Below are positions 37,448-46,939 of a DNA stretch of 64,000 nucleotides, in pieces. Position 1 is the stretch's first letter, and every line of letters begins with the position of its first letter. Where the stretch lies: the NCBI GenBank assembly GCA_964435375.1, contig CAYSYK010000004.1:3954-67953 (forward strand). Reading direction: 5' to 3'. Below the pieces are notes generated by a model that was not told the origin of the DNA, did not search any database, and was given only the letters and a program-made list of their open reading frames with translations. Position numbers and translations under genes: made by a program. Origin of the DNA: an uncultured Oscillospiraceae bacterium. GTDB taxonomy: Bacteria; Bacillota; Clostridia; Oscillospirales; Oscillospiraceae.

Positions 37448-38350
37448 ATGAAACTTATCAAAAAAATCCTCACCTACCTGATGATCGTCTGCACGGCGGC
37501 CGTCACCTCTTTGAGCTATCAGCTTTTCGTCTTCCCGAATGATTTCGCGCCCTCGGGCGTCAGCGGTATCTGCACCATCATCCAGCACCTGACCGGTTTT
37601 TCCGTCGGCTATATGAGCCTGCTGATCAATATTCCGCTTGCGATTATCGTCTTTTTCGTCGTCAGCCGCTCCGTGGCCGTCCGTTCGATGGTCTATTCGC
37701 TGGTATTTTCCGCCGGATTGCTGATTTTCGAGCGGGTCGACCTGTCGGCCTTCGCCTACACCGGCGTGTCCGCCCACGTGCTCGGCCCACTGGTCGCCGG
37801 TGTCGTCATGGGCACGGCCTATTCCATGCTGGTGCGCGTTTCCGCCACCACGGGCGGCATCGACTTCGTCGCCGCACTCATCCACAAAAAGCATCCGGAA
37901 ACCAATATGTTCTGGATCATTTTCACGATGAATCTGTGCATTGCCGCCGTTTCTTATTTCGTCTACGGATTTAACATGGAACCGGTGCTTTTGTGCATTC
38001 TCTATTCGTTCACTTCCAGCACCGTGACCGACAAGCTCACCAAATCCGGCCGCAGTGCCATCCGCTTTGAGATCGTCACCGACTATCCGCAGGAGCTGTA
38101 CGCCGCCATCCGCGAACACCTGCACCACGGTGTGACGATGATCCCCGGCAAGGGAATGTACCGCGACCGCCCGGTCAGCGTGCTCATTTGCGTCATCAAC
38201 AAAAGCCAGATCGCACCGATGAACGACCTCATCCGTTCTTTCCCGGATACCTTTGCCGTGATGAGTCAGGTCGGCTCCGTCGTCGGCAATTTCCGCCAGC
38301 TCGACAAAGACGGCAACGAGGAAGTTACCCTGCTCGATCCCGGCGAATAA
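37448..38350 (+). CDS. YitT family membrane protein
   Basis: FAPSGVSGI, LLINIPL, TTGGIDF and a C-terminal DUF2179-like segment (GVT...GMY). Start moved to 37448. Confidence 0.85.
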   Translation: MKLIKKILTYLMIVCTAAVTSLSYQLFVFPNDFAPSGVSGICTIIQHLTGFSVGYMSLLINIPLAIIVFFVVSRSVAVRSMVYSLVFSAGLLIFERVDLSAFAYTGVSAHVLGPLVAGVVMGTAYSMLVRVSATTGGIDFVAALIHKKHPETNMFWIIFTMNLCIAAVSYFVYGFNMEPVLLCILYSFTSSTVTDKLTKSGRSAIRFEIVTDYPQELYAAIREHLHHGVTMIPGKGMYRDRPVSVLICVINKSQIAPMNDLIRSFPDTFAVMSQVGSVVGNFRQLDKDGNEEVTLLDPGE

Positions 38351-38380
38351 GCTATCATTTTTTCCACGGAGGTATTTTCC

Positions 38381-39886
38381 ATGGCCTATTATTATCCCGA
38401 GCCCAGCCACACATTCAGCGAATATCTGCTGGTTCCCGGCTACACAAGCGAAGGCTGCATCCCGGATCGGGTCAGCCTGCAAACGCCGCTCGTCCGTTAT
38501 CGCAAAGGGGAGGAGAGCTGCCCCATCACGCTCAATATCCCGATGACCTCTGCCATCATGCAGAGCGTTTCGAACGACACCTTGGCCATTGCCTTGGCCA
38601 AAGAGGGCGGTCTGAGCTTTATTTACAGCTCGCAGCCCATTGCGGCGCAGGCCGCCATGGTCGCCCGCGTCAAGAACTACAAGGCAGGCTTTGTCGTGTC
38701 CGCCTCCAATCTGACGCCCGCACACACGCTGGCCGACGTACTTGACCTCAAGGCGCTCAACGGCTTTTCCACCGTCGCCGTCACCGATGACGGCACGGCC
38801 AACGGCAAGCTCTTGGGTATCGTCACCGGGCGCGACTATCGCGTCAGCCGCATGAGTCCCACCGACCCCATCTCCTCGTTCATGACGCCGCTGGAGAAGC
38901 TCGTCACCGCCCCCGCAGAGACGACGCTCAAAGAGGCCAACGACATCATCTGGGAGCACAAGCTCAACAGCCTTCCCATCGTGGACAAGGACGGACGGCT
39001 GCTGTATTTCGTCTTCCGCAAGGACTACGCCTCTCACAAGGCCAATCCGCAGGAGTTGCTCGACGGCCACAAGCGTTTTATGGTCGGCGCGGGCATCAAC
39101 GTATGCGACTACGAAACGCGTGTCCCCGCACTGCTGGAGGCCGGAGCGGACGTGCTGTGCATCGACTCGTCCGAGGGCTACAACTATCGTCAGGAAAAAA
39201 CGATCGCGTGGATTCGCAAAAACTACGGAAACGACGTTAAAGTCGGCGCGGGCAACGTCGTCGACCGGGACGGTTTCCTGTTTCTGGCGCAGGCCGGTGC
39301 GGATTTCGTGAAAGTCGGCATCGGCGGCGGCTCGGTCTGCATCACGCGCGAGACCAAGGGCATCGGCCGCGGACAGGCGACCGCCCTGATTGAAGTGGCC
39401 GCCGCGCGCGACGAATACTACCGCCAGACCGGCATCTACGTGCCCATCTGCTCGGACGGCGGCATCATCCACGATTATCATATGACGCTTGCGCTGGCCA
39501 TGGGCGCGGACTTTTTCATGCTCGGCCGCTATTTCGCGCGGTTCGACGAATCGCCCGCGCCGAAGGTTCTGGTCGGCGGCGCATACATGAAAGAATATTG
39601 GGGCGAGGGCAGCAGCCGCGCCCGCAACTGGCAGCGCTACGATCTGGGCGGCTCGTCCAAGCTGAGCTTTGAAGAGGACGTCGATTCGTACGTCACCTAT
39701 GCCGGCCCCTTGCACGACAATGTGGAAATTTCGCTCTGCAAGGTCAGATCTACGATGTGTCACTGCGGTTGCATCACCATTCCCGATCTGCAGGAAAACG
39801 CGCGCCTGACGCTCGTTTCCGCCACGTCCATCGTCGAGGGCAGCCACCACAATGTCATTCTTCCCTCGTCCACACAGAGAAAATAA
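38381..39886 (+). CDS. guaB: IMP dehydrogenase with CBS pair (clostridial/Bacteroides type)
   Basis: [12 protein letters not shown] catalytic-Cys loop, [18 protein letters not shown] and a CBS insert. Confidence 0.85.
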   Translation: MAYYYPEPSHTFSEYLLVPGYTSEGCIPDRVSLQTPLVRYRKGEESCPITLNIPMTSAIMQSVSNDTLAIALAKEGGLSFIYSSQPIAAQAAMVARVKNYKAGFVVSASNLTPAHTLADVLDLKALNGFSTVAVTDDGTANGKLLGIVTGRDYRVSRMSPTDPISSFMTPLEKLVTAPAETTLKEANDIIWEHKLNSLPIVDKDGRLLYFVFRKDYASHKANPQELLDGHKRFMVGAGINVCDYETRVPALLEAGADVLCIDSSEGYNYRQEKTIAWIRKNYGNDVKVGAGNVVDRDGFLFLAQAGADFVKVGIGGGSVCITRETKGIGRGQATALIEVAAARDEYYRQTGIYVPICSDGGIIHDYHMTLALAMGADFFMLGRYFARFDESPAPKVLVGGAYMKEYWGEGSSRARNWQRYDLGGSSKLSFEEDVDSYVTYAGPLHDNVEISLCKVRSTMCHCGCITIPDLQENARLTLVSATSIVEGSHHNVILPSSTQRK

Positions 39887-39892
39887 CCCCCC

Positions 39893-39927
39893 ACCGCCGA
39901 CCCTCCCCGGGTCGGCGGTTTCCTTTT
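39893..39927 (+). terminator. Intrinsic terminator after guaB
   Basis: ACCGCCGACCC-5-GGGTCGGCGGT followed by TTCCTTTT. Confidence 0.8.
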
Positions 39928-39931
39928 CCGC

Positions 39932-39992
39932 ACGCACGGAAATGCATAATGCATAATGAAAAATGCAAAATTTGCCATCCCCTGTAGGAGCG
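39932..39992 (+). repeat. Heptamer tandem array plus truncated GTAG element
   Basis: AATGCAT AATGCAT AATGAAA AATGCAA (39941-39968), then CATCCCCTGTAGGAGCG; both parts recur at 43772-43901. Confidence 0.7.
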
Positions 39993-40019
39993 GGGGAAAT
40001 TTCCCGTTTTTCCACATTT

Positions 40020-40793
40020 TTACGCGAACAATTCGTCGATCGTTGCGAACCGATAGCCCATGGCCTCCCATTTTGTCAACAGCTCGTCCAGAATGGCCGC
40101 GTTTGTTTCGCTCGTCGAATGCAGCAGCACCACCGCGCCGTTGTGCGTACGCGGCAGGAGCTTGGAAAAGGCATATTCCGCCGTCGGCTGGCTGTCGTTG
40201 TTCCAATCCACATAGGCCAAGCTCCAAAACACCGTCTTATACCCAAGCCGCTGCGCCATTTTCAGGTTGCTTTCGGAATAATTTCCCTGCGGCGGCCGAT
40301 AAAATTTCCGCATTTTCTCGCCGGTCGTCTTTTCGTACAACGCCTCCAGCGATTCCAATTCCTTTTCAAACGCCGAAAAATCGCTGATTTTCGACATATC
40401 CGGGTGGTGCATCGTGTGGTTGCCGACGATGTGCCCCTCCGCAGCCATCCTGCGCACCAGATCGGCATTACGCTCGATATAATTCCCCACGAGGAAAAAG
40501 GCCGCCGAAACCTTGTGCTTTTTCAGCGTGTCGAGGATCTTCGCCGTGCAGCCGTTTTCATACCCCGCGTCAAATGTCAGATAAATCGTCTTTTGCGACG
40601 TGTCGCCGATGTAGGCGGCATCCAACCCCGCCAAAACCGCAGCGTTGGCCGGGCCGACGGGCGGCATTCCCTCCGTGCGGAAGCTCAGCCCCCAGCTTGC
40701 CGTTTCGATGTGCTCCGAGGCAAAAATCCCGACCGTCAGTGCCAACGCCAACACGACGACCGCCGCCAAAATGTACAAATCCCGTTTAAACAT
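40020..40793 (-). CDS. pdaA: Polysaccharide deacetylase, PdaA-like
   Basis: YLTFDAGYENG, GNHTMHHP, YRPPQG, FWSLAYVDW and VLLH. Start moved to 40793. Confidence 0.75.
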   Translation of the reverse strand: MFKRDLYILAAVVVLALALTVGIFASEHIETASWGLSFRTEGMPPVGPANAAVLAGLDAAYIGDTSQKTIYLTFDAGYENGCTAKILDTLKKHKVSAAFFLVGNYIERNADLVRRMAAEGHIVGNHTMHHPDMSKISDFSAFEKELESLEALYEKTTGEKMRKFYRPPQGNYSESNLKMAQRLGYKTVFWSLAYVDWNNDSQPTAEYAFSKLLPRTHNGAVVLLHSTSETNAAILDELLTKWEAMGYRFATIDELFA

Positions 40794-40892
40794 AACATTC
40801 CCTCCCATCCGAGCATATGCGCCCCGCGCGAAAAAATACCCGAGCGGGATGCTGTCCGTCCCCCGCGAAATGTGTTTTTCCAATAAAAACAG

Positions 40893-40921
40893 TTGCTTTT
40901 CAAAAGGAAACATGGTATACT
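40893..40921 (+). promoter_or_regulatory. sigma-A promoter of tldD-tldE
   Basis: TTGCTT-17-TATACT with extended TG. Confidence 0.65.
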
Positions 40922-40953
40922 GTATGCATTCTGAAAAAAGGAGCTTTTTGTCT

Positions 40954-42336
40954 ATGATTTCCAGAGATATCTGTCAACGTGTCCTGCAAAAAGCCGTGTC
41001 CACCGGCGCGGACTATGCCGAACTTTTTGCGGAAAACACGGTCAATCATTCCATTTCCATGATTGCCGACAAAGTCGATGCCATCAACGACGCCGTCATC
41101 GCCGGCGCGTCCGTGCGTGTCTATAAGGGAATGCGTTCGGTCATGGCCTCCACCGTCGACACCTCCGAGGCAGGTCTGATCCGTTGCGCCGAGCAGGCCG
41201 CCGATGCACTGGGGCAGGGAAGCGCCGCCATCGACATTGTGCTCAAAGAACGCCTGTACGGCGACATTCACCCCGTGAAAATCGCCCCCTCTTCCTGCGA
41301 CAATAAGGAAAAGGTCGCCATTTTGAAAGAGGGCTATTTCGCCGCCAAGGAATACGACGCGTCCGTCGTGCAGGTTTCCGGCAGCTTGCTGGACGTCGAT
41401 CACAATATCCTCATCGCCTCGACCGACGGGATTTACGCGCAGGATCGCCAGATCCGCACCCGTATTGCCATCTCCGCCGTAGCCGATAAGGGCAGCGGCA
41501 CGCAGACGGGCTTCTTCGGCCCGGGCAGACGCATGGGCATGGAAGTGTTCGACAGCATCATCGTCCCCAAGGAAGTGGGTATCTGCGCGGCCAAGCAGGC
41601 CGTCACCATGGCCGGTGCGGGCTATTGCCCCGCGGGTGTCATGCCCGTCGCCATCGACAACGGATTCGGTGGCGTTATCTTCCATGAAGCCTGCGGTCAC
41701 GGTCTGGAGGCGTCCTCCGTCGCCTACGGCCAGAGCGTCTTCGCCGGCAAACTGGGACAGAAAATCGCAAACGAAAAAGTCACCGCCATCGACGACGGCA
41801 CGATTCCGAATGCTTGGGGTTCGATCAACATCGACGACGAAGGCACGCCCGCACAGCGCAACGTGCTCATCGAAAACGGCATTTTGAAATCGTACATGAT
41901 CGACAAGTTCAACGGTCGACGCATGGGCATGGCCTCCACCGGCTCTTCCCGCCGCCAGAGCTACGCCTACACCCCCACCTCCCGCATGACCAACACCTAC
42001 ATTGCCGCCGGTTCGGACAAGAACGAGGACATCATTTCCTCCATCGAGTACGGCCTGTACGCGGCCTCCATGGGCGGCGGTTCGGTCAACCCCGTCACGG
42101 GCGAATTTAACTTCGCCGTCAACGAGGGCTACATGATCCGCGACGGCAAGATCTGCGAGCCGGTTCGCGGCGCAACGCTTGTCGGCAAGGGAAGCGAAGT
42201 CATCCGGAACATCGACATGGTCGGCACGGATATGGATATGGGTCAGGGTATGTGCGGTTCGTCTTCCGGCTCCATCCCCACGAACGTCGGTCAACCTCTG
42301 ATTCGTGTATCCACGATCACCGTCGGCGGCAGATAA
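40954..42336 (+). CDS. tldD: TldD metalloprotease subunit
   Basis: FHEACGHGLE, DDEG, RMTNT and CGS...P...GQP. Start moved to 40954. Confidence 0.92.
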   Translation: MISRDICQRVLQKAVSTGADYAELFAENTVNHSISMIADKVDAINDAVIAGASVRVYKGMRSVMASTVDTSEAGLIRCAEQAADALGQGSAAIDIVLKERLYGDIHPVKIAPSSCDNKEKVAILKEGYFAAKEYDASVVQVSGSLLDVDHNILIASTDGIYAQDRQIRTRIAISAVADKGSGTQTGFFGPGRRMGMEVFDSIIVPKEVGICAAKQAVTMAGAGYCPAGVMPVAIDNGFGGVIFHEACGHGLEASSVAYGQSVFAGKLGQKIANEKVTAIDDGTIPNAWGSINIDDEGTPAQRNVLIENGILKSYMIDKFNGRRMGMASTGSSRRQSYAYTPTSRMTNTYIAAGSDKNEDIISSIEYGLYAASMGGGSVNPVTGEFNFAVNEGYMIRDGKICEPVRGATLVGKGSEVIRNIDMVGTDMDMGQGMCGSSSGSIPTNVGQPLIRVSTITVGGR

Positions 42337-42349
42337 GGAGGGTTTTACC

Positions 42350-43696
42350 ATGAAATTCAACGAATTTAAAGAACTTGTCATCGCCGCGTGCGCCGAGCGG
42401 GGCGTCGCGGAATATGAGCTGTACTATCAGTCCAGCTCCTCCACGAGCGTCGATACCTTCCAGCACAGCATCAACGAGTTTTCGTCCTCCCTTTCCGGCG
42501 GTCTGTGCTTCCGCTGCATCGTAGACGGCCACATGGGCTATGCCTCCACCGAGTTGCTCTCCGCCGAGCAGGCCGTTTCCGTCGTCGAAAAAGCCGTCGA
42601 CAACGCGAAAAATCTGGAAACCGAGGAGCAGGTCTTCTTGGGCGAGGGCGGTCAGGTCTATGAACCCCTGCCCGACAGAAGCTATCCCGCACCCGAAACC
42701 GACGAAATGCTTTCCGTCGCGCTTTCCACGGCGGATAAGCTCTACGCCGCCGACCCCATGGCCATCGACGGCTGCCAGTCGCAGGTCATCCGCGGTTCTG
42801 AAGAAGTCGCCATCTACAATTCCAGAGGTTTGGATCTCCATCGCAGCAACAGCCTCGCCGGCATCATCGCCGTCGGCGTCGTTTCCGACGGTCAGGCCAT
42901 GTCCAACGATTACCGGATCAAGCTGGGCGAGCTTTCCAAGATCGACATTGATCAGATGGTCGAAAAAGCCATCAACGGCGCGAAGGTCAAGCTGGGCGGC
43001 GACGTTGCCCCCACCGGGCAGTATCCCGTCATCTTCAATCCCGATGCCATGTGTAGCCTGCTGAGCGTCTATTCCTCCATTTTCAATTCCGAGGCCGCAC
43101 AAAAGGGGCTTTCCCTGCTGGCCGGAAAAGAGGGGGAGATCATCGCCGCCGATATCGTCACGCTGGTGGACGATCCGTTCCATAAGGACAATCCGGAGCC
43201 TGCCAATTTCGACGCGGAAGGCAGTCCCACGCACAAAAAGAACATCATCGAAAACGGTCGACTCAATACCCTGCTGTATAACCTGAAAACGGCCGCCGTC
43301 GCCGGAAAGAAGACCACCGGCAACGCCTCCAAGGGCAGCTACACATCCTCCGTCGGCATCCGCCCGTTCACGCTCTATCTTGAAAACGGCGCATATTCGG
43401 AGCAGGAGCTGCTGAACATGGCCGGCAACGGCGTGTACATCACCGACCTGAGCGGCCTGCACGCAGGTGCGGACTCGATTTCCGGCGACTTCTCCCTGCA
43501 AAGCGAGGGCTATATGATCGAAAACGGCGAAAAGACGAAATTCGTCAAGTCGTTCACCGTCGCGGGCAATTTCTACGACCTGCTGAAAAACATCGCGGCA
43601 CTGGCCGATAATTGCAAGCTGCCCAATGCCATGGGCATGACCGCATTCGGTTCGCCCAGCGTGCTGGTCAACGGCCTGAGCATCGCCGGAAAATAA
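42350..43696 (+). CDS. tldE: TldE/PmbA subunit
   Basis: FDAEG, TGNA, GLHAGADSISGDFS and AGNF; lacks HExxxH; follows tldD. Confidence 0.88.
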   Translation: MKFNEFKELVIAACAERGVAEYELYYQSSSSTSVDTFQHSINEFSSSLSGGLCFRCIVDGHMGYASTELLSAEQAVSVVEKAVDNAKNLETEEQVFLGEGGQVYEPLPDRSYPAPETDEMLSVALSTADKLYAADPMAIDGCQSQVIRGSEEVAIYNSRGLDLHRSNSLAGIIAVGVVSDGQAMSNDYRIKLGELSKIDIDQMVEKAINGAKVKLGGDVAPTGQYPVIFNPDAMCSLLSVYSSIFNSEAAQKGLSLLAGKEGEIIAADIVTLVDDPFHKDNPEPANFDAEGSPTHKKNIIENGRLNTLLYNLKTAAVAGKKTTGNASKGSYTSSVGIRPFTLYLENGAYSEQELLNMAGNGVYITDLSGLHAGADSISGDFSLQSEGYMIENGEKTKFVKSFTVAGNFYDLLKNIAALADNCKLPNAMGMTAFGSPSVLVNGLSIAGK

Positions 43697-43712
43697 GCAT
43701 TTTTGACATTGT

Positions 43713-43747
43713 AAGCCATCCCACGGCCCCGCCGTGGGATGGCTTTT
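43713..43747 (+). terminator. Intrinsic terminator after tldE
   Basis: AAGCCATCCCACGG-5-CCGTGGGATGGCTT followed by TT. Confidence 0.8.
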
Positions 43748-43769
43748 GCATCCCTCCCACAAAAATTTC

Positions 43770-43971
43770 GTCATCCCTGTAGGAGCGATCATCGATCGCT
43801 CGCCCGCACCGCACTCCCCACTATGTCATTCCGAGCGAGCGAATGCGAGTCGAGAAATCTACGCACTTATGGAAATGCATAATGTGAAGTGAAAAGTGAA
43901 AAAGCTTCGCGTCATTGCGAGGCGTACAGCGCCGTGGCAATCCGTTTCTGCCTTCCCAAAATGGGAAGGCA
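43770..43971 (+). repeat. Composite REP-like mosaic (GTAG hairpin, two GTCATT..CGAG units, heptamer array, hairpin)
   Basis: GTAG-GAGCGATC-ATC-GATCGCTC (43779-43801); GTCATTCCGAGC...GAGAAATCT (43825-43860); AATGCAT AATGTGA AGTGAAA AGTGAAA (43874-43901); GTCATTGCGAGG...GTGGCAATCC (43911-43943); TGCCTTCCCA-TGGGAAGGCA (43949-43971). Confidence 0.8.
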
Positions 43972-43997
43972 CGGCGTATTTCCCATAGAAAATTGCG

Positions 43998-44029
43998 ACA
44001 ACCCCGTCTGCGTTGGCAGACGGGGTTGT
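43998..44029. terminator. Hairpin terminator at the rsmG 3' end
   Basis: ACAACCCCGTCTGC-GTTG-GCAGACGGGGTTGT. Confidence 0.7.
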
Positions 44030-44030
44030 T

Positions 44031-44735
44031 TTACAGGGGAAATTGTTTGATTTTGGCAAATCGGCGGGGGTATTGTGCCGGCGTTGGGGACACCTTGCGC
44101 AGAACGATCACCGCGTGATCCGCGCCGTCAATGCGGAAGTTATGTACTTTCTCCGTCCGCAAGCCGAGCTTGGCAATGGCATTTTTTGCCTCCGCAAGCT
44201 CCTCCTGCGCCGCCGCGCCCTTCATCGCCAGCACCGCGCCGCCGACCTTGACGAACGGTGCCGTCAGCTCCAGCAGGACGTTCAGCCGCGCCACGGCACG
44301 GCTCGTGGCATAGTCATAGCTTTCGCGCCGCGATGCCGCAGCCTCCTCCGCCCGCGCGGCGATGCACTGTGCCTGCACGCCAAGCGTCGGCAGGATCGTT
44401 TCCAACCATCGGATCCGCTTGCCGAGCGAATCGAGCAACGTCAGCTCCGCCTCCGGGCAGGCAATTTTCAGCGGTACACCGGGAAATCCCGCGCCGCATC
44501 CCACGTCGATCAGCGATTTTCCCCGCAGATCGACGCATTTCAAAATGCTGACACTGTCCTGCAAATGCAATTTTGCGACTGCATCGGGCGCAGTGATCGC
44601 CGTCAGATTCATGACCGCGTTCTGCTCCACCACCGCCGCGCCGAATGCGCACAAACGCGCGATCGTTTCCTCGCCGAGCGGCAAATCCATGCCCGCAAGC
44701 TCTGCGCGCAGGGTATTTTTCATTTGTTCATCCAT
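44031..44735 (-). CDS. rsmG: 16S rRNA m7G527 methyltransferase
   Basis: MNLTAIT, HLQDS, DVGCGAGFPGVPL, RAEE and SRAVA. Start placed at 44735. Confidence 0.93.
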   Translation of the reverse strand: MDEQMKNTLRAELAGMDLPLGEETIARLCAFGAAVVEQNAVMNLTAITAPDAVAKLHLQDSVSILKCVDLRGKSLIDVGCGAGFPGVPLKIACPEAELTLLDSLGKRIRWLETILPTLGVQAQCIAARAEEAAASRRESYDYATSRAVARLNVLLELTAPFVKVGGAVLAMKGAAAQEELAEAKNAIAKLGLRTEKVHNFRIDGADHAVIVLRKVSPTPAQYPRRFAKIKQFPL

Positions 44736-45858
44736 CGTTTTCTCCCAAAATTCCGTTGATATAGTCCGCATCCGTCGGATCAAAGCGGGGCGTTTCCTCG
44801 CTCGGCGTGACCTGCTGCAAATACCAGTTCGTAAGCTGCGTGACCACCTGTCCGTAGCTTTTCACGCCCTGACTGTCGCCGCTGGCCTGAAGAAATTTGT
44901 CGTTTACCGCGGTGGCGATGTTCGTCGCCGTCTGGTTGCCGTTTTTTCTGTAAAAGGCGAAATAGGCCGACGCGTCCGCACGCAGAAGATCGCACGCCCC
45001 TTCGTCCTTGGAAATGCTACGCCCGAGCGCGTTCATGCATTTGAGATACGCCGTGAAATAGCCCGCATAGCGGAACTGAATGTCGTCGCTGGCATTGCAC
45101 GCCAGAAAGGCCGCAAAATTGGCATCGTTTTCCGACGCGATGGCCATGCGGTGCGCCATTTCGTGACACATGACGTACGGCATGGAAACCTGCGGCATGT
45201 CCGCAACCACTGCCGCCTCACCCGTCACGGCCATGGTCACGCCGCAAATGCCCATGGCATTGTACAGCCGCCCCCACGACAGTTTTTTGACCGGCGCAGT
45301 CGACCCGGCAAAGACCGAATAGCCCGCGCTCACCAGATTTTCATAGCCGTTTCCCGCTTTTTCGGCGAGGGTTTCAAACGCGTCGAACGCGATGTTTCCC
45401 GCGCCGTCTCTGGAAACCTGCGGCGCAAGCGCGTTGGCCGCGTCGCGGAAATAGGCCGTTGCCTGTTCCAGCTCCTGCTTGCTGATGGTTTTCATTTCCA
45501 TGTGCAGATCTTCGGCGAGGGGACTTGCATAATTGTTCAGCCCCTGCAAGGACGTATGCGCCGTCCAGAGCAGGCAGGCGACGGCCAGCCACCAGCCCAG
45601 CCAGCGCAGAAAACTGCGCTTTCGGACGATCATCAGCACGAGCGTCAGAATCAGCGCACCGAGCAAGATCACGACCAGCACCTGCCACACCGTGAACGGG
45701 AAAATCCCCGTCACGCGGGCAATGGCACTCTGCGCGGTTCTGGAAAAATACGGATAAAATGCGTCGAGCAGTGCCCCGTATCGCCGCGCAAAGAGCGTAA
45801 TGGCGGCGGTGAACAGCAAACTTGCGCCCGCCACGATAAATCCTGTGTACTTTTTCAA
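44728..45858 (-). CDS. DUF3810-like membrane-anchored protein with HExxH motif
   Basis: N-terminal TM segments, CHEMAHRMAIASENDANFAAF. TTG start at 45858 after AGGAAG. Confidence 0.7.
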   Translation of the reverse strand: MKKYTGFIVAGASLLFTAAITLFARRYGALLDAFYPYFSRTAQSAIARVTGIFPFTVWQVLVVILLGALILTLVLMIVRKRSFLRWLGWWLAVACLLWTAHTSLQGLNNYASPLAEDLHMEMKTISKQELEQATAYFRDAANALAPQVSRDGAGNIAFDAFETLAEKAGNGYENLVSAGYSVFAGSTAPVKKLSWGRLYNAMGICGVTMAVTGEAAVVADMPQVSMPYVMCHEMAHRMAIASENDANFAAFLACNASDDIQFRYAGYFTAYLKCMNALGRSISKDEGACDLLRADASAYFAFYRKNGNQTATNIATAVNDKFLQASGDSQGVKSYGQVVTQLTNWYLQQVTPSEETPRFDPTDADYINGILGENDG

Positions 45859-45939
45859 AAAAATCTTCCTTTTCCTGTGGAAATCTTTTTTCAGTATACC
45901 ATATGCCGACACACTTTTGTTGACAAAAATGAAAATTTT

Positions 45940-46797
45940 TCAAAAATCGGGGATATAGGCCGCATCCGCGCCGTCGGCCTCCTGCACGAAGCCCTCCAGC
46001 TCGTTGAGAAACATCCAGCTCAGCACGGCATCGTACTCCGCATCCGTGACCTTGCGGTCGAGCGGCGTGCACAGCCCGGGCATGGGCGTGTATTGCCGCA
46101 TCAGGCTGACGAGTACCTCGCCCGGCGCGAACGTTTCGCCGATCCAATCGAGCACTCGCAGGGAATTTTCCACCTCGCCGGGCAAGATCAAATGCCGGAT
46201 GACCACGCCTTTTTCGATTTTTTCCCCCGCGCGTCGCGGCGCACCGGTTTGCCGCACCATTTCCTTGATCGCGGCCGTCGCCGTTTCAAAATAATCCGAC
46301 GCACCCGAGAGCCGTTTTGCCAGCGCATTGTCGGCATATTTGAGATCGGGCAGGTAAATATCCACCAACCCGTCGAGCCGCTTTAGCGTTTCCACGCACT
46401 CATATCCGCCGCAGTTGTAAATTACGGGCACGCCGAGCTTCGGGGAAAGGGCAGGCAGGATCGTCGGCAAAAATTGCGTGGGCGTGACCAGATCTATGTT
46501 TTCCGCCCCCTGTGCGATGAGGTTTTCCATCATTTCGCGCAGTTGCACGGAATCGGCGCGCGTTCCGACCGCCTTTTCGGAAATGGTGCGGTTCTGGCAA
46601 TAGTTGCAGCGGAGCGTGCACCCGCCGAAGAAAATCGCGCCGCTGCCGCCCGTACCCGCCAGAATCGGCTCTTCCCAGTAATGGCGCATGGTTTTCGCGA
46701 CAAGCGCCGTGTCGGGACAGCCGCAGAATCCGAGGCGGCCTGCCGTCCTGTCCGCGCCGCAACGCCGCGGGCAGAGCATACAGTTTTGGTAATCCAT
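45940..46797 (-). CDS. Radical SAM protein, PflX-like
   Basis: CMLCPRRC, HYWEEP, GCTLRCNYCQN (CxxxCxxC), YLPDLKY and RHLILPG. Confidence 0.85.
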   Translation of the reverse strand: MDYQNCMLCPRRCGADRTAGRLGFCGCPDTALVAKTMRHYWEEPILAGTGGSGAIFFGGCTLRCNYCQNRTISEKAVGTRADSVQLREMMENLIAQGAENIDLVTPTQFLPTILPALSPKLGVPVIYNCGGYECVETLKRLDGLVDIYLPDLKYADNALAKRLSGASDYFETATAAIKEMVRQTGAPRRAGEKIEKGVVIRHLILPGEVENSLRVLDWIGETFAPGEVLVSLMRQYTPMPGLCTPLDRKVTDAEYDAVLSWMFLNELEGFVQEADGADAAYIPDF

Positions 46798-46857
46798 AGT
46801 ATTCCCACCTTTCCCGAATTTATTGTACCATCTTTTCCTCCATTTCTCAACGGGTAC

Positions 46858-46886
46858 TTTACCGAAACGGGATTTTGTGCTAAAAT
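46858..46886 (+). promoter_or_regulatory. sigma-A promoter of rlmD
   Basis: TTTACC-17-TAAAAT with extended TG. Confidence 0.55.
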
Positions 46887-46939
46887 GTAGAAAATCGCGG
46901 CCGCGTCCTTTTCGGCCGATTTCACGGGGTGCTGATTTT

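Noticed and set aside
38340-38381. Purine riboswitch ahead of guaB
   Set aside because: Only 30 nt separate the upstream stop from the guaB start; no aptamer structure fits.
40008-40016. Isolated TTTTCCACA (and TTATCCACG near 54414) outside oriC
   Set aside because: Single 9-mers near gene ends or inside coding sequence are expected by chance; no cluster or AT-rich element.
36355-43971. Repeats as a CRISPR array
   Set aside because: Only two or three dispersed copies kilobases apart, no regular spacers and no cas genes.
40954-46797. tldD/tldE plus radical SAM as a RiPP cluster
   Set aside because: No precursor peptide, transporter or SPASM/RRE domain. The radical SAM is PflX-like, on the other strand and separated by housekeeping genes.
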